From contig JAHBMJ010000388.1 in NCBI GenBank assembly GCA_018398765.1, positions 110,113-130,112 on the forward strand: 20,000 nucleotides of DNA, read 5' to 3'. The notes beneath the pieces were generated by a model, which was given only the letters and a program-made list of their open reading frames with translations, was not told the DNA's origin and searched no databases. The DNA is from Chromera velia. Lineage: Eukaryota. Each line of letters starts with the position of its first letter. The stretch's first letter is position 1. This document shows positions 1-11,199 of this stretch, in pieces. The position numbers and the translations under genes are program-made.

Positions 1-211
1 GCTCGTTCATTCTGTTTCTATCAGTCTGACTTTCATACAACAGAAATACGACTGTTGATTCATATGGCTACATCATATATAATGACGTGTGCGCTTACTT
101 CGATCACGGCCCCGGAACGACGTGCACACACACGGGCCGGTTCTATCACAATCGACACGCGAAGGCGGGGTGCTCACTGACACTCGTACCATGACGGGTA
201 TACACGTCACA
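1..211 (-). repeat. 3' LTR (partial; continues left of the window)
   Basis: Ungapped match to 2466-2676 with 29 mismatches in 211 bp; ends ...GTCACA. Confidence 0.92.
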
Positions 212-215
212 CATG

Positions 216-224
216 CCCCTCCCC
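216..224 (-). other. Polypurine tract (GGGGAGGGG) of the LTR element
   Basis: CCCCTCCCC on the plus strand, 4 nt from the LTR boundary at 211. Confidence 0.75.
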
Positions 225-1296
225 AGAATGATCGTCCCCAATCATTTCATTTCCTTCATGCAAGCATCGTTCATCCTCAGTCATGCTTTATTCATTCCTG
301 TCTATACTTGAATAAACTCACACAATGAAATAAGAAGCAAACGGGTGCACATCGATCCTCGTAAGACTGACATCGCGGAATTAAGAAATCAATTGCATCT
401 GCATGAGGATGAAAAATTTCGTTTCACATCCATACACACGCTTCGATCGATCGTCTGGCTCATGAATACATGACATAAAAGCTGTGGTCGCAACTGGACC
501 TGCATGAGCTTATTCGCTTTGTGCATGCGCGCATGACTTCTGGTGGTAACCATGCCAGTCTCTGTAGAGTCAGACTCGCCAACCTTATAGCCTCCCTTTC
601 TCCTCTTCCTGGTGGCAATGCATCTGTGCACGCTCATCGCATTGTCGACATGAACGACTGACTAGACGACTGATGCTGCTCAATCAATCATCCACACTTT
701 GAGTACCGCTGCACAAACATACTGTAAGCTGGTCTTTCTGTGTTTCTTTATAGTTGCTGGTCAGAAGAATTGTCAGCCTTCTCCTTTCTTCTGTCAGATG
801 CAATCTGACACACTCTTACTTCCTCCCCTTCCCTTTGCTTCACTCAGTACACAAACTCCAACGAGATCGACCTAGGGTGGGGTCTGCCTCCACTTTCCAC
901 AGCTTAATATGCAGGAGGGCACCACAGGTCGTCTCTTCTGTCTCCTCTTTCCTAGCTTCTTTCTTACTCTCCGTCTCCTCCTCCTTCTCTGCTTGTCTGG
1001 CAGCGAATGCGCTTTTGATTTCGACGATCTGCTGCTTACTGCTGCTTTATCAATTCCTCCTCCCTCTTTACTCTTCTAGGGCCTGGCATATAGCTTTTGA
1101 CTCCTGTCTGGATCGGTCTTTCTCTTTGACAGCGGTTAGGGGAATTGGCGAACTCATCTTCCTCTTCGCCGTCTCCATCCCGTCCTTCACTGCACTCACA
1201 CCCTTCGATGTGATACATGCCTAAGGGGCGGTGCACCTACTCATCATCAGACCTCTCTCCTGTAGCACGGACCATCTTCGGCTGCCCCTCTGGCCT

Positions 1297-2320
1297 TCAG
1301 ATGTTGCTGGTCTCGTTAGAGTCATGACCAAACGACAGGTGTTTTAGCCCTCTGCCATCTGCCCTCTCTCTCGGCTTCTGAATGATGATGATGTTGTTGT
1401 CAGGACAGTCTTTTGCACCATGACCTGCGTGCAATGTCCTGCAGAGGAAACACCCATGGAACTGAATCTTCCTGAGGATTTCTTTCTCTTTGTCAGTCAG
1501 GGGTGGCAGCTTTTGGATATTGTGTTCTCTGCTTTTGTTTATCTGCCCCAGTGCACCGATGTCCATGGGTGCTGGACCAGTGGGATGATCACTGGGATCA
1601 TGTGATATATAACCTCCACTACCGGTCACAGGGGGTGCTTCTGTTGAGGGAAGTGTTCTGGGGTGGGTTGCTGCTACAACAAACGAAACAGATGAGTGGG
1701 GAATGATCGAGAGTACTTCAAATGCTGCTCCTACTGCTACCTCGAGGTTTGTAGGTTTCTTTCTCTTCACCTCCTTCTGGACGTCTTCGGGAAAACCCTT
1801 CTCGTACTGATATACTTTGTCGCTCATGCTCATGTCAGGGATGAAGAGCATCTTAGAGATGAAGTTGCTCATGTACGTCTTGAGATCTGTGCCCAACACT
1901 TCCACACACTTTTAAATTATCCTGTCCAGTTCATTTTGGTGATTATCACGAGTTCGTCTGTCCTGAAAATATGTCAGCAGGACAGTCTAGAGCTCCAACT
2001 ACGTCACAGGCGTGTGCCCATTCTTTTCTGCGAGCTTTACAGCCTTAACCACATCGCCTTTAAGGTGGCTGTCAGCTGTACTGAGCAGCTACGCATCGGT
2101 CATACCATGGAAGTCGCGGTACTTCTCGCACACCCAGACCTAATCTTTGAATTCCTCAACTGTTCCAGCATAATCGTAGATTGGTTTGATCGCCTTCGCA
2201 AAAGCACTGGAAGAAGTGGAATGCAAGTGACCGAGGATCGCTCTCAACTCAGCAATCTCTGCAGTCTGAGCTTAGTACAAGGCTTTCAACTCTTTGAAGT
2301 CTCTGGTGAAACCTTCCCTC
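1297..2320 (-). pseudogene. gag: gag pseudogene (Retrotrans_gag-like capsid region plus CCHC zinc knuckle)
   Basis: One frame with six in-frame stops (2272, 2140, 2089, 1999, 1987, 1912) and no frameshift. It reads ...HLKGD...PVT*LEL...YMSNFISKMLFIPDMSMSDKVYQYEKGF...PTNLEVAVGAA...GPAPMDIG...LPPLTDKEKEILR...GCFLCRTLHAGHGAKDCP, containing the PM[DE]I motif and a CX2CX6HX4C knuckle typical of gypsy-type gag. The 5' end is approximate. Confidence 0.88.
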
Positions 2321-2347
2321 TTGACAAAGCAAATTTGGTCACAACGA

Positions 2348-2361
2348 GGCTCCTGCTATCA
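2348..2361 (-). promoter_or_regulatory. Primer-binding site, tRNA-iMet-like (TGATAGCAGGAGCC)
   Basis: Directly follows the CA end of the 5' LTR on the minus strand. It resembles TGGTA[GT]CAGAGC with a G->A change in TGG. Confidence 0.65.
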
Positions 2362-2676
2362 TGTGTAGCGTAGTGGCTAGCTATACGTTAGCAGACAAGG
2401 GCTCATCAAGACAGAGACAGTTAGTCAGATGGAAGGTCTGTCATGCTAGGCATTTGTTGTTATTCGCTCGTTCATTCTGTTTCTGTCAGTCTGACTCTCA
2501 TGCGACAGAAATATGACTGTTGATTCATGTGGCTAAATCATATGCAATGACGCACGCGTTTACTTCGATCGCAGCCCCGGAACGGCGTGCATACACATGG
2601 GCTGGTTTTATTACAATCGACACGCGAAGGCGGGGCGCTCACTGACGTTCGCACCACGACGGACATACACGTTACA
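2362..2676 (-). repeat. 5' LTR, 315 bp
   Basis: TGTGTAG...GTTACA on the plus strand; homologous to 1-211; adjacent to the PBS. Confidence 0.9.
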
Positions 2677-2710
2677 GTTCTATCATTCAATCAGTTGGTA
2701 CCTGCGCTGT

Positions 2711-3583
2711 GAGGGTTACCAATTTTATTGGCGGTAGACAAGCTTTATTACCGGTAACCGGTAATTACCGGGAGAGTTTGCTTACAGTCGGAAAAGACTT
2801 AGCAGAATTTTAACAGTCATTCATACTCCGTTATAGGTTAATCAATCAATCATAGGTAGCACAGTCCAAAGAAGTGCTTTTACCATCCAGTTGTAACTGG
2901 CAATATGCAAGGTGCAAGACAGTCAGTGACACTAGGTTAAGTGATGCATGCCAGTTGATCCTAGGCCAGATCTGTATTATTAATTGTATTGATACAGATG
3001 AGAATACAGATACAGATGGATCAAACAGAATAAAGACACAAGCAAGAGGAAGTCTCTTCATGTTGTTATGAATAGTATCAACTTCTGTAAGGTGTGAACT
3101 CTGGATGAGTATGCCTTAGGAGCCGACTACGCTAAGTCTAGATGCTAAGTACTGTTAAGTCGTTACTCGTCCCTTACTTTGATCGCTCTCAAACAACGGC
3201 TCAAGGCTTGATACAGAGAAGCAGCACAGTTGGAGATGGAATTAACAGAGTCAATTTAAGGAAAAGGAAGTAGCTGTTGCACAGAGCTGTTAGAACTTTA
3301 TGTCACTTTAATATAGGGGTGATCGAAGCAGTTAAAATAATTGAAATTATAACAAATTATAAAATTTATATATATTGTTTTTTGTTAATAGGCTTTTCAA
3401 ATGTCAATAAACACTTAAAAACATGTTTTTGAAGGTTGGCGCCGCAGGCGAAAATTTTTTTTTTTTGACCCTATAATTTTTATCATTTTTTTTTTCGGTA
3501 AAAGGAAGATAGACTGAGGCCATTACCGGTTACCGGCAATTGCCGGTAGACTACACCTGTTACCGACCAGAAAAGCAACCCTG
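2711..3583. mobile_element. Non-autonomous hAT-superfamily element (873 bp)
   Basis: Perfect 8-bp TSD TGCGCTGT at 2703-2710 and 3584-3591. Imperfect TIRs GAGGGTTAC / GCAACCCTG (reverse complement CAGGGTTGC). Clustered subterminal TTACCGGT-type repeats at both ends (~2749-2771 and ~3523-3548). Confidence 0.88.
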
Positions 3584-3848
3584 TGCGCTGTCAGACTGAC
3601 TTTGCTGCAATTTAGATACGATATCTAATTCCAGTTGCTAGTCCAGTTGCTTTGGCTGAGACGCACGCTCTTTTCTGACGTGGTCCCAGAAAACATGCAA
3701 GAATCATGTAAGGTGCTCGCTTACGCTCACACCATGCATTCATACACATAAGGTTGATTGATTGCCAAAGTACAGTATGGTGTTTTTTGAAATTCTAGCT
3801 AAAGTACAGTATGATTATGGTATGGTGGCTCTCCAAAGCCATCCTAGG

Positions 3849-3896
3849 AAAATCTATAAAGTTTAGGATGAGAAAAATCTATAAAGTTTAGGATGA
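3849..3896. repeat. Short tandem duplication (AAAATCTATAAAGTTTAGGATGA x2, 25-bp period)
   Basis: Exact 23-bp copies at 3849 and 3874. Confidence 0.9.
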
Positions 3897-3963
3897 TGAT
3901 TTACACAAAAGAACATTTACAAAATTGTTCATATAATATCATGCAGAGACGGCCAGAGAGCGT

Positions 3964-5787
3964 CACGTGTGAACCCGCGGCTGCAAACAAGTTCGCGGGT
4001 AGGACCCCGGATTTTTACGGGCTGCCGCCGGGCTGGAACCCGTTTTGAACCCGCTTGAACCGGGTTCGAACCCGAATGCCGACTTTTTTGTAGGCCTCCA
4101 AAAGGCTCAAGAAGTCAAAACAAAGCGTTTCCCATCGATTCCCACAGGGTCCGACCGATGGCGGACACACAATGCCTGTCAGTCACGCATTCAGTCTGAC
4201 CACATCCTTCCGACTCACCAGTATGTGGAGACACCAGAGGGGTCCTGCTCCTCTAAGGCGCTTGGAATCTGCATTCAGCGAGCGCAACAGATGCACATCA
4301 CTGCACTGACCTTGACTATAGCGGATGACGCAGAGGGAAGAGCCTCTGGATGGACCTGGGGGCTCTTTGCTCGCCATCCGCACAGACGCTCCCACAAGAA
4401 CGCAACACACTCTTCATCCCCACCAAAAATTCCAACAAGCATCAATGCTGTCTGCAGCTGGCTGCAACGCAAAGAAACAAGGAAGATGCATTGTTTAGCA
4501 CGGCGGGGGAGAGAGCAAGGAGCCTACTGGGTGCCACAAAGGTTCTGCCGGAGGGGCAGACAGGTGTTGCTCACACCGTCTCGAGATGAGGTCACACTCG
4601 ACCCATCGAAAGGGTCTCCGCGCACAGCCACACCAAAAGGTGAATCCTGGACACACCACAGAGTCTGCCGGTGTTGTAGGAAGAGAACTGTACCAGTTTT
4701 CTGGAAGGATCTGCTTCACAGCCACTCCTGTACATCGAGAACGGTTCAGACTGGGTGTGACTGAATGTATCTCGTTGAGCCCATTTTGAGCTTTCGGAGC
4801 CGATTTTGAAAGCCGATTTTTCTCAGTGACGCACGCATCGGGCCGGGGACGCGCGGGGGCCATGTACGCGCGCGCGTCCCCGGCCCGATGCGTGCGTCAC
4901 TGAGAAAAATCGGCTTTCAAAATCGGCTCTGAGAAAGTTCAAAAACTGCTCATGCAACTAGATTCAGTCACACCCAGTCTGAGTTGTTCTCGATGTACAG
5001 GAGTGGCTGGGAAGCAGATCCTTCCAGCAAACTGGTACAGTTGTGTTTCTACAACACACTTAGACTCTGTTCTGTGTCTGGGTTTCACCTTTTGCGGTGG
5101 TTGTGTGATGAGACCCTTTCGAAGGGTCCAGCGTGAGGGTATCTAGAGACGGTGTGAGCAACACCTGTCTGCCCCTCCATCAACACCTTTGTGACACCGA
5201 GTAGGCTTCTTGCTCTCTCCCTAGCCGTGCTGGGCGACGTGTCTTCCTTGTTTCTCTGCATTGCAGCCGGCTGCAGCCAACTTTGATGCTTCTGGGATTT
5301 GTTTGTGGGGTTGAAGAATATTGAAGAGTGTGTTGCCTTCCTGTGGGACAGTTCGTGCTGATGGAGAGCAAACAGCCCCCAGGTCCACCCAGAAGCTGTC
5401 CCGACTGGGTCATTCGCTACAGTCAAGGTCAGTGCAGTGATATGCATCTGTTGTGCTCATGGGATGCAGGAGTCTAGCACCTCACAGGAGCAAGACCCCT
5501 CCGGTGGCTGCAGATACAGGTAAGTGGGAAGGATATGTGGTGTGCGGTGAGTGACTGACAGGCACTGTGTGTCCGGCATTGGTCAAACTCTGTTGGAAAC
5601 TCTTTGTCTGGACTGTTTGAAGCTTGTGGATGTGTGTTTGGTCGCTCAGAACTCACAAGTGCTCTTTTTGACAACCCGGCGAGAGCCCGGCGAAAACTGG
5701 GATTCCGGCCGGGCTCTAACCCGTTTTTGGCCGTGAAAATCCGGGGTCCTGCCCGCGAACTTGTTTGCAGCGGCGGGTTCACACATG
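3964..5787. mobile_element. Foldback element: two ~0.9-kb inverted arms with a perfect central palindrome
   Basis: 3964-4855 is an imperfect reverse complement of 4871-5787. The termini CACGTGTGAACCCGC / GCGGGTTCACACATG match (about 4 mismatches in 57 bp). The inner 59 bp (4797-4855 vs 4871-4929) are perfectly complementary around a 15-nt spacer. GT flanks both sides, a possible 2-bp TSD. Confidence 0.85.
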
Positions 5788-5820
5788 GTATGCGACGGTC
5801 ATGGAGGGCCCTATGGTTCT

Positions 5821-5883
5821 TCAATCAATCAATCAATCAATCAGTCAATCAATCGATCAGTCAGTCCTCAGTTAGTCAGTCAG
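5821..5883. repeat. (TCAA)n/(TCAG)n microsatellite
   Basis: Tandem tetranucleotide units read directly. Confidence 0.9.
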
Positions 5884-6030
5884 CCAGAGCGGCCCGGAGG
5901 GTAGGGCAGACACTAGGGCAGACACTCCGATGGTATCGCCCCCAGTCCTTCTTCTGACAGCGACGAGAGTAATATCGGGTGTAGTGACACCCGGAGCATT
6001 TCTGGATGTGAGCCGACACCCTGCTACAAA

Positions 6031-6558
6031 TTAACGGCACACATCTTGCCGTCTCCTGAAGCCAACAGACACACACCCAAAGCCATCTCCACGACAACGG
6101 TGATGGGACACTCAAGGGGCCTCTTCATCGCCTCCAAGAATGTCTTCACGTTGAACCCCTCCGATGCACGAGCCGAGAGGGAGGGCACCCACACGGACAA
6201 ACAACGTCCCGAGCCCGGTACCCTCCAGGAGTTGCCGTTCGTGACGACGCCTATGTCCGCGAGGGCATCGAACTACCCCCTCTCCATCCAAGTTCCTTCT
6301 GCCATCCTCACCCAGGACCTTGCCCCCTCGGACCCCTCCTGGTGGATGAAGGCGTCCATGGAATCTTTTCTGCCCTCGTGCCGGTATGTCCACCAATCAG
6401 GGCCGACCGCCTCCAAAACAGGGTGAGGGAGGGCAAGAGGGACCCCAACCAAAGGTCAACCTCTGGGTGCTTCGGGGAGGCCCGCAAACTCCAGTCCCCT
6501 ATCGAGGACAACGGACGCAAAACGAGTTCAAGCAGGGCGTACTCCTAGGGCGTACTCC
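6031..6558 (-). pseudogene. Possible decayed coding fragment, unknown product
   Basis: GC-rich island. The minus strand reads EYALLELVLRPLSSIGDWSLR...[frameshift]PVLEAVGPDWWTYRHEG...WMERG*FDALADIGVV...KTFLEAMKRPLECPITVVVEMALG. No family recognised. Confidence 0.3.
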
Positions 6559-7764
6559 AAAAAGTACTACCCGTGCAATGTCGTGGACTGTGTTGTTCAT
6601 TTTGCTATTGAGCATAAGGGTGTGTCTAAACACTCCTATTTAACGAATTTTGTGGTGTTCCAGACTGAGAGATCAGCTGACCGCCAGAACCAAGAGTTTA
6701 TTATTTAATAGAGTGTAATACAGTACAGTGTTAAGTTACTATGCTTGAAAGTGGACCCCTATGCTGAAGTCTGACCTTTATATTGATAGTATTATTCTAC
6801 GTTTTCTTGACATAAAATATAAGTTAATTAGACTATTTTTTTTTAGTTTATCAATGATAAATAAGCTGATAACAAATGTTTATAAATTTGGATTCAAGTT
6901 CTTGCCCACCTGAAAGCGGTAAGCGCATGCATTCGGGGGACCAGAGGAGTGCAAGGGGAGGGCTGGGAGGAAGGAGGAGTAGGCAATGCACTGGTTATGA
7001 CTGAGGGGTAGGAAGTACTTAGCAAATACCGAAGAAGGCATTCAGATGGAGGAGCGTCAACTATGAGGTCGCATGAAAGAGAGAGAGCTAGTAGCAAGAG
7101 CAGTAACTAGGACAGAAGGAAGAGATGAAAGACGTATAGGCCAGACGCTAGGAACAAACTTTAAGTCAATGCCCCCCCAAAAGTTCTTAAAAGTAATTCT
7201 AGTACTAGCTAGTTAAAAGTAATTGATCAATAGTGACTGCCAGCTGCTGCGCGTAAATGTTTTTCAAATCTAAATCTGTTTAATGATATACTGTTAGCTA
7301 AAAAAGTTTTGAAATTTGACTATTATTCGATTAAGTATATGTGTGTGCATGAATGCGCAGCAAAAAGTTAAAAAAAAAAATAAAATCTATCTAGATAATC
7401 TAGACATTTTAAAGTTTTTACTACAAATGTTAGACCAGAATAATATTAATTCTCTGGAAAATTCTTTTAAAAATAGTTCAGTAAGAATGAGTTTTAAATT
7501 TTAATACTATCAAAACAATGATCGAAAACTAAAATTTAATATTTTTTAAATATTATTTCAAGACAGAACCTTGAAAAGGCCAATGTTTACGCCGTTTTGT
7601 TCCATTTGTTATTCAGATCGATTCTGATTGAAGAGCCGTTTCTGTACTTCTTCTACTATCGCCCAAAGAATGACATATTGAGACACCAACTTCTTGTAGG
7701 ACAAATCGCGGAAACTTATAGTGCCTCTGCTTTGAACGCATAAATGATATTCATTGGGTGAGGG

Positions 7765-8532
7765 AAGAGAACAAAACAAGTAAGCAAAACAGGAAGGTAA
7801 CGGAAACGGAGGAAGCAAGAAGACAAATAAATGAGAAAAAAAAAAGGAAGGAAGAAAGGAAGCAAGGAAGGAAGGAAGAAAAGTAAGGAGTCTTAAACAA
7901 AGAAAGAAGGAAGGCCAATTAATAAAGACGGAAAGCAGGATGGAAGGAAGCAAGGAAGAAAGGAATTAAAAAAACAAGAAAAAAGAAGGAAGAAAAAGAT
8001 GAAGGAAGGAAGGAAGGAAGCTAGCAACGAAGGAAGGAAAGAAGGAAGGAAGGAAGGAAGGAAGGAAGAACGGCAGGCAGGGATAAAGCACAAAAGAAAA
8101 TAAAAAAAGAAGGAACTTCAAGGAAAGAAGAAAGCAGCAGAGGAAGGAAGAAAGAAGCAAAAGGAGAGACAGGGCAACGAAGGAAGGAAGAACGAAGGAA
8201 GGAAGGAAGGAAGGAAGGAAGGAAGGAAAAAAAGAAGGAAGGAAGGAAAGAAAGAAAAAAGGAAGAAAGGAAAGAAACGAATAGAGGAAGGATGGGAGAA
8301 ACGACGGAAGAAAGGAAGGATGAAAGACAGGAAGGAAACAGACACAGAAAGCTTAAAATTTTTTGAACGAAAGAAAGAACGAAAGTAGGAGGGGGGGACG
8401 ATGCAATGAAAGGAGGAGGGAAAGACGGAAAGAAGGGACTCCAACAAGGAAAGAAAGGAAGAAAGGATGGAAGAAGGAAGGAAAAAAGAAAGCAACAAAG
8501 AGAGAAAGAGAGAGAGAAGGAAAGAGAAAGTG

Positions 8533-8577
<45 letters not shown>

Positions 8578-8690
8578 GAAAGAAAGGAAGGAGAGAAGAA
8601 AAGGAGGAAGGCACGAAAACAACAATTAAGGAAAGAAGGGGAAAAAAACAATAAAGATGGAAGCCTTAGGGAAAAGGAAAGAAATTTGAA
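7765..8690. repeat. Polypurine low-complexity tract: (GGAA)n, (GAAA)n and (GA)n
   Basis: About 0.9 kb of nearly pure G/A on the plus strand, including a (GA)n run at ~8538-8573. The ORFs here are compositional artefacts. Confidence 0.95.
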
Positions 8691-9289
8691 GAAGCTGTGC
8701 GCTCTAAGTGGAAAATATAGAGAAAAGCAGAAGGGTATGAGGGTATCAACTTGTGTCAATAAAGCCAGAACGGCAATATTCTTTTTAAAGAAAAAACATG
8801 ACCACCCTGACTCCGACAGAATTTCCGACTCCAAAAAAAACAATATTTAATATAAATAATTAATTGAGTTACACAGTCTTATTAATTTATTTTTACTCTT
8901 TAAAGACTGTTTTTAAACATAAATAAAAGCGTAAAACAAAATCTACAAACAACTAGAAATATAAATGAAAATTTTTTTTCAGGTTTACTTTGTTTTTCAA
9001 TTTTTTATGAAACTTGCCCCAAAGGTTCCTACTAGCTTCCCTAGCTAGTTCTCTAGATGTTAGACTTGTATAATTAAAGTTTGTTGGGGTTACTGTCAGA
9101 CTAGTGTAATCAATTGGTGAAGAGTTAGTCTACAGACACTTAATGCTAGACTTAATGAATGTCACATCTACGAGAGCGTGGAGGAAAGAGTTTTCAACCG
9201 CTGAAGCCATCATTGATAAAGCAGATATTGCGGTGGCATCATGTACACTGATCCATAACAACGGGTTTCTGTTCGGCGCATAGAATAAG

Positions 9290-9342
9290 AAAAGCTACAA
9301 AAGAGAAGCAGACAGATAGATAAAGAGGCGGACAGAGAAAAT

Positions 9343-9380
<38 letters not shown>

Positions 9381-10080
9381 GAGAGAGGCAGGCAGGTAGG
9401 TAGGCACAGAGAGAGGGGCAAGACGGGGGAGGAGGGTGAAAAAGGCTTGCAATGAGAAACAGGCATTGCATTAAAAGATGGGAGGACGAAGAAAGGGATA
9501 GAGGCCTAGAGAGGGAAGTCTTAGGCACTGCAGGGAAGAAAGAGTGGAAACATAGACGAAAAGAGAGAGAGCATGCAGCGAATCTCAACACTTAGTATGC
9601 AAGAAGGGAATAGGGCGGGCAAAGAAAAAGGATAAACGAGTCACGTTGAAATTCAAAGAGAAAAACAAGATCCAAAGTCAGGGAGACAAGAAAGATGCAA
9701 TCAGAACAGGAGAAAGGAACAAAGAAAGCGGAAAGAAACAATAGAGTTCGTGGAGAGAAAAAAAGATGGGAAGGGGGCGAGAGAGCAGAAGAGAAGACGA
9801 GACGGATGCATAGTTTGGGGACAGCTTTCACAAAATCAGCGAGCAGGAGTCTCTGAGTAGACAACTTTCTAGACAACTTTCAAGTGAAGTGAAAAGAGAA
9901 ATAGGCAGCTCGGTGGGCCGCCGGTGAAGGGGGAAAGGGCAAAAGACATGATAAAGTTCAAGAAGGGGAAGCTTGGAGTGTTAAAATGCAGAAGAAGCAA
10001 GCGGACGAGAGTCAACCAGAGGAACAGCAGAAATTGAAAAGCAAGAGCAGCCGCTGCTAAGACTAGAGAGAATCCCTCTA
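9290..10080. repeat. Second purine-rich low-complexity tract with (GA)n
   Basis: (GA)n at ~9348-9376 and strong purine skew through to ~10080. Confidence 0.75.
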
Positions 10081-10730
10081 GCTCGCTATCTCTGATACCT
10101 GTAACTATAAGTGCAGAGTCTCGTAGTCATCCAACTTGTGTAGAACTGTGAGAAGGTGTGAGAAGTGAACCCACATTTGCATGTATACTGACGGAAAGAT
10201 ATTAGCACGTTGCTTACTGCTTGAAACACACAGACAGGGGAAGTGAAAGCCGAAAGAAAAAGCTTTCTAGCAGCAGCAAAAGACAAATAAGTTACACGCA
10301 TAGACACCTGTCACCGCCTCTCATGTATTTACATATACACAAACACACGTACACATACACACAGTCATACATACGCCTACACATACACATAGATATACAT
10401 GCGTAAAACGGATTAAGACATCAAAGTAAAAGGAAAAGGTGGATAGAAACACAGCTTTGAAAGCCTGGTAGACCGAAATAAGTCCGTCAACACAAGTGCC
10501 GGGCGATAGACCTAACGCCCCCTATCTTGTACATAGGGAGTTTGAGATAGCCCCTCCACACACCTTGAGGTTGAGGCCTGCATACACATTCAAAAGACGT
10601 ACATATGAAAGAGAGTCGAAAGACAGCCACATAAAAGGATGAAAAGGGTATTTTTGAGTTCTCCAACCCTTACTTATATTTTTAAATTTTAATATCAACT
10701 TCGTGCTCGACACTTTTTTTCCCACCCAGA

Positions 10731-11033
10731 TTCCAACAGAGAGGATCAGCTCAGGGGGAATTTTCTGGAAATTTTCACACGAAAATTTCCAGAAAATCCT
10801 CCCCGACGGCGAAAGCTGAAAAATAAAAGTCGGAAACAGCGGAAGGAAAAGCATAAGAGGCATCGATGTGGGCTTTAAACATCGATCGGAGTTCATACAA
10901 GCCTATCTTTTGTTCTTCCCTGCATTTTTTGTGACTTTCATTTTTCAGCTTTCGCCGCCAGGGGGGATTTTCTGGAAACTTTTGTGCGAAAATTTCTAGA
11001 AAATCCCCCCTGAGCTGAGCCTCTCTATTGGAA
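10731..11033. mobile_element. MITE-like inverted repeat with nested palindromes
   Basis: The arms 10731-10831 and 10933-11033 are reverse complements. Each arm contains its own hairpin (ATTTTCTGGAAATTTTC-acac-GAAAATTTCCAGAAAAT). No TSD seen. Confidence 0.7.
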
Positions 11034-11199
11034 GTTTATACAGAGACCAAAGAGCCTGGAAGTGAAACATGCGTGGTCGACAGACATCAGCCGACATCAA
11101 CATCCATTCCTGCATGCCCGTTGACCCTCCGATCCTCTCTAGCGCTGAGCCTCCTACTGACCTCATTTCCACGGACTTAAGATCGATACCGTCCGATCT

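Larger units (their letters stand above)
1..2676 (-). mobile_element. Gag-only (non-autonomous) Ty3/gypsy-like LTR retroelement; 3' LTR truncated by window edge
   Basis: Direct repeats 1-211 and 2466-2676 are colinear. The full right LTR (2362-2676) has TG...CA ends. A PBS and a PPT lie at the expected positions on the minus strand. The internal region encodes gag but no recognisable protease, RT or integrase. Confidence 0.9.

Noticed and set aside
1696..2373. 225-aa plus-strand ORF (also 754-1224)
   Set aside because: Antisense shadow of the minus-strand retroelement sequence.
4045..5957. ORFs within the foldback arms
   Set aside because: The frames are not conserved between the two arms and no domain is recognisable.
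7153..9085. 12-bp inverted repeat AACAAACTTTAA / TTAAAGTTTGTT as element TIRs
   Set aside because: Short and AT-rich, with only an ambiguous GG flank; not enough to call an element.
7609..9876. Numerous ORFs rich in F/L/S/P or E/R/K
   Set aside because: Translations of (GGAA)n/(GA)n low-complexity DNA.
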